Below, in pieces: positions 58,343 through 64,000 of a DNA stretch of 64,000 nt. The stretch is from Candidatus Binatota bacterium (GTDB taxonomy: Bacteria > Desulfobacterota > Binatia > UBA1149): NCBI GenBank assembly GCA_012960245.1, contig DUBO01000038.1:10627-74626 (forward strand), given 5' to 3'. How positions within the stretch are numbered: the first letter of the stretch is position 1; each line of letters opens with the position of its first letter. A program made the position numbers and the translations under genes. A model generated the notes under the pieces. That model saw only the letters and a list, made by a program, of their open reading frames with translations. It was not told where the DNA came from and ran no database searches.

Positions 58343-61300
58343 CTACTGGTCCAGCTGGCGAACCCTGTGTATTACCGCTTCGATTGTCACCGGCACGGGA
58401 CAGTTAACAATATGCCGAGCGTCGCTTGGCGAATTCGGATGCTCAAAATCATAGTTGTCAGACCCCACATTTGGCGGTGGCGGGAATTCAAGGACTTCCA
58501 ATTTACCCTCGGCCCTGAGCCGCTGAATCTGCTTGACCCCTTTAAGGACCTCGCTCGCCGGCTCCTTCCAGTGAGCAAAACCGATGTGCCACATCGGACT
58601 GTAATCGTCCTCTGGCCTAAAGTAGGAGGGCACTCCCACCTGGCTGCCGAACGGGCCACCACCCAGGAATCCAAAACCGTCGCTTGGCGTCGGTGGATAG
58701 GTTGGATCTATCGGCGCTGGGGGCAGCGACTGGATCAGGGGAACTCCGACGCTTCCAAGGTTCTTATACATTGGTACATAGGGGACTCCCATCGCCCTTG
58801 CCGGACCAAATGGATAGGTGTCCAGGACTATGTAGTAGGGAAGATAATCACCTTCTCCCGCCCAAGCCTTGTGAAGCTTGAAGGTGATCGACGGATCTGG
58901 TCCGACCGTGTCCAGTGCCAGCACATGCCCCGATGCGTCCCTGTCACCCCAGAATTCACCGTTGTAAAAACAAGTCGAGTTGGGAGGTTCATCTGGAAAA
59001 CTGACACAACTCAGGTCAATCCGATTGTGATGCCATTCCTCGTCGCCCCACTTTGCAAACACGGCATTAACGATAACATCCTGCCCGTCAATCGTGACTC
59101 GACGCAAAGGCGAATACGTATTCAGGTCATCAACGTCTGGAATTAAATCCGGATTCTTGCAGGGTCTTCCCGAACCGGAATCGATACCATCAGACACCCT
59201 GCAAGCCGGCGAGGCCCATATCGGATTGGGCACGTTCCCGTAAAACGTCCAGTGACCCGTAACTGGATCAATGGTTGCATCCCCGGTAGCCGCTATTGGC
59301 GTGCCGGTTAATTTACCAGCCCAGGCCAGGCCCATTTCCTCGGCCAGGGCTTCGTCGCTGATGTCGTGCAGGAAGAACCATACGGGGGTCAGTACGCCGC
59401 CGTCGTCGTTCGTTCCCTGCATCAGCGGGAAGGTAATGGTACCGCGTTCGTTGGGCTGCGGGTCAAGGGCGTCGCCGAGCGGAATATCCCTTATGTCGTC
59501 TAACTCGCCGATTACCGCCCCATCCACCCAGATATCCACAGGGTCAACCTGCGGTCCGTATTCGCCAACAGCGTCTCCGGTTCTGTATGTAGGCAGTGCG
59601 TGGGTGTCCACGTAGCTTACCCCGTCCCACGAGGGGATAGGTGTCGGCATGACCAGGGTCTGCCCCGGATGCTCAATATCCCAGCGCAACAGCATGGCGT
59701 GGTCCTCGTGCTGCGTGTTGTGGCAATGCTCCATGAAGGTGCCCGCGAACTCCCGGAAGCGAAGTGCGATCTCCACCATCACCCCACTGTCGGCCTGTGG
59801 TCCGAGCCGGTACACGTCCTTGCGAGCCCACTTTTCCCACTCGGGCGGCTCCTGGCCGTCACGTCTCAGTATGATCCCCTCCTCAAAGTGGATGTGTATC
59901 GGGTGGCTCCAGGTTCCGCTGTTGAGAAGGCGCCAGACCTCCAGCCCACCGGAATTTTTCTCGGGAGCCGCAGATAGACGGCGGGGGTCCATTCCGAACC
60001 CCTTGCCGCCATCGGTCTCTATGACCCAGGGGCGATCGTCGGTGGGCTGCCTCTCAAATTCAAAGGTGCGGTGAAGAGCCGCGTCCAGCTCTGCCTGCGC
60101 GGGCATCTGGATGGGGATCATCTTCTGCCCGCCGGCCACGTAGTCCATTGGATCAAGACTGTTGTCGACCCCGGCGTACTCGGTAACACGGAACTCCATG
60201 AATTTACCTACAACCGGGTCACCGTCGATCCAGCGGTCGGCAATGCCATCGGGGGGAACCGTGTCGTCGATGGTAACCGGTGCGTAGGCTCCGCTTACGA
60301 TATCGGCCAGGGGAATCACTTCGTCGGTGACTTGCCCGTTCTTGTGTTGCAGCAGGTTGACCAGGTACAGCTTGTCACCCGGTTCGAAGTTGGCAAAGTC
60401 GATGATGACGTCGTAGCGTTCGGCTATGCCGAGGGTCGGCAGCTCGCCGTTACTGAACTCCACGGCGTGCTCCATGATGTTGCCGTCGTTGGCAACCATG
60501 TGGAACGGGACCGGGTTGCCGGCCTCGTCGACCAGCGCCAGCTTGAAGTAGCGAGATACCGAGGCATTCAGGACGCGGAAGCGGTACCGGCGGGCACGAA
60601 CGTCGAAGTAAGGCTTGTACAGCCAGTTAACGGTCATAACGTCGCCGAGAAAGCCTTTCTGGTTGAAGGGGTTAAAACACAACTGCCCGTCACCATCAAA
60701 GGCTTTCTCTGCCAGCATCAGGTTGACGTCGTAATCGCGGTTGCCCCAGGGCAGCGCGGATCCACTGGGCAACCTCAGGTTGATGCCGTCATTGACGGAT
60801 TCGTTGCCGCGATCGAGTGAACTGTAATAGTTCATCATCGCGGCGCTGCCCTTGTAGACGTTCTGGGCAGTGAAATCGAGCATGTGATCGTGGAACCAGT
60901 GGGTGCTCATGGTCTCGTGCCAGTCGCCCTTGATCCGCTTTATGCCTCCGTTGCCCATGGGCATCCCTGCCCTTTTATCCCTCTTATTCGTATTGATGGA
61001 GTCGTGTCCTGCGAGCACCATCGGCCACCTGTAGTCGTAGAACTGGCCGGGAAAGAAAAACGCGTTGGCGAACCCGTCGCTCTCAGCCGGGTTATGGCCG
61101 TTGTGCTCGTGGGTGGTCAGCGTGTGAACACCGAAACCACGGTTCTCGGCGACGTCGATCGGTAACGCATTGTAGTGGCGCATTACCAGGGGCTCGCCAT
61201 AACGCGCGGTGAGCAGCTTGGGGGGAAAAGTTCCGTCGAAAGTCCACACCGCGTCCGGATCCTGCAAAGGCATGCTGGCATGAAACCGGACCTCGATTCC

Positions 61301-62083
61301 CGACGTCGTGCCATCGGATCCAGCTGGTTCCGCGGTTGAATGATACAGTCCTGTGGGCCCGAATTCACCGTGCCTGTAGCGATGCCTCTGAGCTCTATCA
61401 CGCAGGCCGCGATTCTCCCGACCACCGGTTGTCGCAGTCTTGAAGTAAACCCTGGGCTTGAACTCATCCCACCGCTGGTGTGCCCATCCTTCCCCAGGCG
61501 GTCGTCCTTCGATCGGGGGGTCGTCAAGATCGCGGCCCAACCATGATTCAATCTTCGACTCCCACGGATTCTCGTCCGAGGTATTCGCCTTGCGCTTGGG
61601 GATAGGCCATACCCGGGCTTTCAAAAACTTATCCAGTTTTACTGAACGCGGATAAGCCTGGGGGTTGGCTGGTTTGGGTAGCCGTTTATGTTTGGGGCTA
61701 TCTTCGGCATGAATTCCACGCTTTGTGGTCCCAAATTCTTCCAATCGCAACATTTTCTGGCTGAAAGGCGTTGCGCCAAAAAGCGGACTCGGTGGGTAAT
61801 CGGTTGGCACGTTGAAGGTGCCAGAATCCCGCTGGGCAGTCACCGGTATGGCATTCTGCTCGCGGGTGTCTTCGGGGGTTCCAGTCAAGCCCCCCTCAAA
61901 ACTCCCCTCGTTTGCCTCGGGCAAACCCTCTGGCAGATCTCCCACGATCGGACCCGCACACGCCGAAGGATCTCCGGAAGGCGGGCACTGGGCATGCAGC
62001 GTCGGTGGGAAAAAACACGCAATGGCCAGAAAAAATAACGAACAATACAACCCTGGAAAACAATACCTACTAACTCGTCTCAT
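58343..62083 (-). CDS. Large secreted multicopper oxidase (1246 aa) with ~480-aa C-terminal extension beyond the T1 copper site
   Basis: Signal peptide. Four Cu-ligand motifs in order: HTLTTHEHNGH, WFHDHMLD, HPIHIHFEEG, HCHNTQHEDHAM(L). Confidence 0.85.
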   Translation of the reverse strand: MRRVSRYCFPGLYCSLFFLAIACFFPPTLHAQCPPSGDPSACAGPIVGDLPEGLPEANEGSFEGGLTGTPEDTREQNAIPVTAQRDSGTFNVPTDYPPSPLFGATPFSQKMLRLEEFGTTKRGIHAEDSPKHKRLPKPANPQAYPRSVKLDKFLKARVWPIPKRKANTSDENPWESKIESWLGRDLDDPPIEGRPPGEGWAHQRWDEFKPRVYFKTATTGGRENRGLRDRAQRHRYRHGEFGPTGLYHSTAEPAGSDGTTSGIEVRFHASMPLQDPDAVWTFDGTFPPKLLTARYGEPLVMRHYNALPIDVAENRGFGVHTLTTHEHNGHNPAESDGFANAFFFPGQFYDYRWPMVLAGHDSINTNKRDKRAGMPMGNGGIKRIKGDWHETMSTHWFHDHMLDFTAQNVYKGSAAMMNYYSSLDRGNESVNDGINLRLPSGSALPWGNRDYDVNLMLAEKAFDGDGQLCFNPFNQKGFLGDVMTVNWLYKPYFDVRARRYRFRVLNASVSRYFKLALVDEAGNPVPFHMVANDGNIMEHAVEFSNGELPTLGIAERYDVIIDFANFEPGDKLYLVNLLQHKNGQVTDEVIPLADIVSGAYAPVTIDDTVPPDGIADRWIDGDPVVGKFMEFRVTEYAGVDNSLDPMDYVAGGQKMIPIQMPAQAELDAALHRTFEFERQPTDDRPWVIETDGGKGFGMDPRRLSAAPEKNSGGLEVWRLLNSGTWSHPIHIHFEEGIILRRDGQEPPEWEKWARKDVYRLGPQADSGVMVEIALRFREFAGTFMEHCHNTQHEDHAMLLRWDIEHPGQTLVMPTPIPSWDGVSYVDTHALPTYRTGDAVGEYGPQVDPVDIWVDGAVIGELDDIRDIPLGDALDPQPNERGTITFPLMQGTNDDGGVLTPVWFFLHDISDEALAEEMGLAWAGKLTGTPIAATGDATIDPVTGHWTFYGNVPNPIWASPACRVSDGIDSGSGRPCKNPDLIPDVDDLNTYSPLRRVTIDGQDVIVNAVFAKWGDEEWHHNRIDLSCVSFPDEPPNSTCFYNGEFWGDRDASGHVLALDTVGPDPSITFKLHKAWAGEGDYLPYYIVLDTYPFGPARAMGVPYVPMYKNLGSVGVPLIQSLPPAPIDPTYPPTPSDGFGFLGGGPFGSQVGVPSYFRPEDDYSPMWHIGFAHWKEPASEVLKGVKQIQRLRAEGKLEVLEFPPPPNVGSDNYDFEHPNSPSDARHIVNCPVPVTIEAVIHRVRQLDQ

Positions 62084-62161
62084 AATTTATCCCCCTGCAG
62101 AGATGAAAAAAAACATGGCTAACTTAACTAAAATCCCCGTCAAGGGTGTAATCCAGAACAA

Positions 62162-62176
62162 GCAACTTGTGTACCA
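62162..62176 (-). promoter_or_regulatory. Sigma-54-like promoter TGGtAC-acaag-TTGC (minus strand) for the multicopper oxidase
   Basis: Plus strand gcaacttgtgtacca. GG-N10-GC preserved, one mismatch in the -24 box. 79 bp upstream of start 62083. Confidence 0.45.
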
Positions 62177-62217
62177 AGCTGAAAATGCCTGGCCCCACAG
62201 TCAATACAGGATGAGGT

Positions 62218-62253
62218 CGGGGCTGTGTTGTAAACCCAGGTTAGCGCTCGAAG
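62218..62253. promoter_or_regulatory. Copy B of the recurrent upstream element: TCGGGGCTGTG-N12-GTTAGCGCTCGAAG
   Basis: Identical 10-nt and 14-nt blocks to copy A. 64 bp upstream of the -24 box. Confidence 0.55.
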
Positions 62254-62398
62254 TCAAAAAGTCTGCACTCGAAGGTCAAAGGTCTGCAGATAACCGCAGC
62301 AAGGATGCAACAGCTTGCGCAGTGGCGTCGCAAGCCGGCAGCATAAAGAAAAATTGTAGAGATCCTCAACAGTGGCCGGTTGGGTGCCTACGCCCACA

Positions 62399-62475
62399 TG
62401 GGGGGGGATTCGCCCTTACGTGGGCGGTCAGCGCTGGATCCCCCCCCCCGAATGGGTTTGTGTGTGGGGGGGGGG
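62399..62475. repeat. Three long homopolymer tracts (G9, C10, G10) within 77 bp in the Sco-fusion/MCO intergenic region
   Basis: catGGGGGGGGG(62399-62407) ... gatCCCCCCCCCC(62440-62449) ... tgtgtGGGGGGGGGG(62466-62475). Confidence 0.8.
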
Positions 62476-62499
62476 CTGACGACCTCTGCGTCCTCCCGG

Positions 62500-63810
62500 T
62501 TATTTTACCTTCACCGGGACAGCCACGACCTGTGTTCTCCCGGATTCAAAGGAAAGCGTCATATTGATGGTCTGACCTGCTTCCGCTCGCCGGACCGGTT
62601 CCATGAGCATAAGATGCTTGCCTCCCGGGGCAAGCTTCGCCTGCCCCCCCGGGGGCACCAGGAGTTGTTCGACCTCCCTCATTCTCATCAACCCGTCGAC
62701 AACCGCCATTTCGTGCACCTCTATGCGACCGAAGGCCGGGGACTCTACCTTGACCAAGGAAACAGCCTCCTGGCCGACGTTAACAAGGGTCATATATCCG
62801 GCGTTAGCCGGGGCCCTGGCGTCTGCCTCGCGCACCCAGGCATCCATGACCGCCAGCACGTCTCCTTCCGGCTCGGCGTCGGCAACCGGAGCTGCCTCCT
62901 CCCGCAGCTCGCCCATCGAAGCAAGGTAGACAAGCAGGTCATCGGCCTCCTGCCTGTTCAGCCGCATATTCGGCATGACCAGATTCCCCCACTCTTCGAG
63001 CATGGCTACCGCGATCGGGTCCTCGTCAGCAATCATTTTGTCTGGTGCCTGCAGCCATCCAAGAAGCCACTGGCGATCGCGGCGCCCTGTTACTCCCATG
63101 AGATCCGGCCCGAGTGCGCCGGGTCGGGTCTCGCCGTCGACCGTGTGACAAACTGAACAACGAGTCCGAAACAACTGCTCTCCCGCCGACATGGGCCGCA
63201 GCTCAGGCGCCTTGTGATAACTCTGCTTGGAAAGAGGAGGGCACTTGGGGCACAGGCCATTCAGCTGAGACGCAAGAATGTAGGGGTTTTCTGTCGGCGC
63301 TCGCTTCATCCACTGCCCGGTAGCCTGGTTGCCGATCATCATGTTCAAGTTGTGATCGCCACTTCCGTCCTGGATCTCCTCCACGTACAGGCCGAGCTTT
63401 CTACGTAGCAGCGTGATGTCTTCTTCGTTACCGGTGAAGAAATCCCAGTGCGCACCGAATCTATCCTTGTACTCGCTCAGTATCGGCGGCTGGTCGTGTT
63501 CAGGGTCGATAGAGATCGAATAAAAAAAGATATCGTCGCCAATTCGATCACCCAGTATGTCCTGGACCTTTTTCAGCTGGGCCGTCTCAAGGGGGCAACT
63601 GTCCGGACAGCTGGTGAAGATAAAGTTAACCGCGACGATCTTTCCCTCGATAAGGTCGTCGAAAAACCGCACCTGTTCTCCGTCCTGGTTGGTCAGTTCG
63701 ACGTTTGGAAAATAGTTCCTGCCCCATGACGCGGCCACGGCAGACGAATAGAAAGCCAGCACCAAGGGCAGCACGATAAACCACCGGCAAAATTTCAAGC
63801 TACTTCTCAC
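62500..63810 (-). CDS. Sco1/SenC - cytochrome c - PCu(A)C fusion copper-chaperone protein, membrane-anchored
   Basis: N-terminal TM. FIFTSCPDSCP (Sco CxxxC). CSVCH haem-c motif. C-terminal GGKHLMLMEP (PCuAC H/M motif). Start placed at GTG 63810 (RBS aaagggg), since the upstream ORF extension lies in AT-rich promoter-like sequence. Confidence 0.75.
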   Translation of the reverse strand: MRSSLKFCRWFIVLPLVLAFYSSAVAASWGRNYFPNVELTNQDGEQVRFFDDLIEGKIVAVNFIFTSCPDSCPLETAQLKKVQDILGDRIGDDIFFYSISIDPEHDQPPILSEYKDRFGAHWDFFTGNEEDITLLRRKLGLYVEEIQDGSGDHNLNMMIGNQATGQWMKRAPTENPYILASQLNGLCPKCPPLSKQSYHKAPELRPMSAGEQLFRTRCSVCHTVDGETRPGALGPDLMGVTGRRDRQWLLGWLQAPDKMIADEDPIAVAMLEEWGNLVMPNMRLNRQEADDLLVYLASMGELREEAAPVADAEPEGDVLAVMDAWVREADARAPANAGYMTLVNVGQEAVSLVKVESPAFGRIEVHEMAVVDGLMRMREVEQLLVPPGGQAKLAPGGKHLMLMEPVRRAEAGQTINMTLSFESGRTQVVAVPVKVK

Positions 63811-64000
63811 GCGAGAAGAGATACCCCTTTTTCGATTCAATACAACTAGTAGACTACATTTATCAGCGAACCGGACCATCGCCGGCACACCGTCCGATTG
63901 GCACGGAAATCAGGGCAACGAGCCCTGGTACGTCAAAGATGCGGCCGGCAATTTTTCCGAGTTTTTCTCGGGCATGGATCGCATCCTCGACGACGACGGC

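Noticed and set aside
63896-63915. TGGCACggaaaTCAGG upstream of the Sco-fusion gene as a sigma-54 promoter
   Set aside because: The -12 GC dinucleotide is missing and the element is on the wrong strand for that gene.
1-64000. tRNA, rRNA, CRISPR arrays, IS elements, integrases, phage genes
   Set aside because: No cloverleaf-like or repeat-spacer structure and no transposase or integrase motif was seen in any frame.

Overview
This is a 64-kb, high-GC (~65%), densely coded bacterial region that reads like an accessory catabolic and envelope island rather than core genome. I called about 55 protein-coding genes and found no rRNA, tRNA, CRISPR array, transposase or integrase. Many long ORFs on the opposite strand of these genes are GC-driven artefacts and were not called.

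Three themes dominate.

(1) Oxidative and hydrolytic enzymes are heavily over-represented: 5 alpha/beta-hydrolases, 5 SDRs, 3 luciferase-like flavin oxidoreductases, 2 cytochrome P450s, 2 TauD/TfdA dioxygenases, a PhyH-like dioxygenase, a sulfatase, a haloalkane-dehalogenase-like hydrolase, an amidohydrolase, a family-III CoA-transferase, an acyl-CoA dehydrogenase with an APH-like kinase, a crotonase and a carboxyltransferase.

(2) Metal and metalloid modules are present:
- a CsoR-like repressor with a perfect 20-bp operator palindrome, followed by an ArsP/DUF318-type permease fused to an HMA domain;
- an arsR-arsM pair;
- a ChaN-like lipoprotein;
- a 1246-aa multicopper oxidase beside a Sco1-cytochrome c-PCuAC fusion copper chaperone.

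(3) A set of large secreted, disulfide-rich repeat proteins stands out:
- a Cys-repeat protein running off the left window edge;
- a 1290-aa FG-GAP/Cys-repeat protein with 237-bp tandem intragenic repeats;
- a 933-aa BNR/Asp-box protein;
- a 232-aa secreted protein.
The last two share a C-terminal 6-Cys module.

The most interesting non-coding signal is a candidate sigma-54 regulon. Four genes each sit behind a -24/-12 (TGGCAC-N5-TTGC-like) promoter: the FG-GAP/Cys protein, the small Cys-rich secreted protein, the multicopper oxidase and a polyprenol-kinase-like membrane protein. Each promoter is preceded, about 55-65 bp further upstream, by a recurrent ~35-nt element. Two copies of that element share identical 10-nt and 14-nt blocks. 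This is probably a shared enhancer-binding-protein site.

Also notable:
- a thioredoxin-fold redoxin whose CxxC first Cys codon is an in-frame TGA (W-U-P-F-C), immediately followed by a 6-bp hairpin and translationally coupled to an SDR, making it a selenoprotein candidate versus a fresh nonsense mutation;
- a TetR-controlled diiron-oxygenase/SCP2/ferredoxin operon with a perfect 11-bp inverted-repeat operator;
- odd G9/C10/G10 homopolymer tracts upstream of the oxidase.
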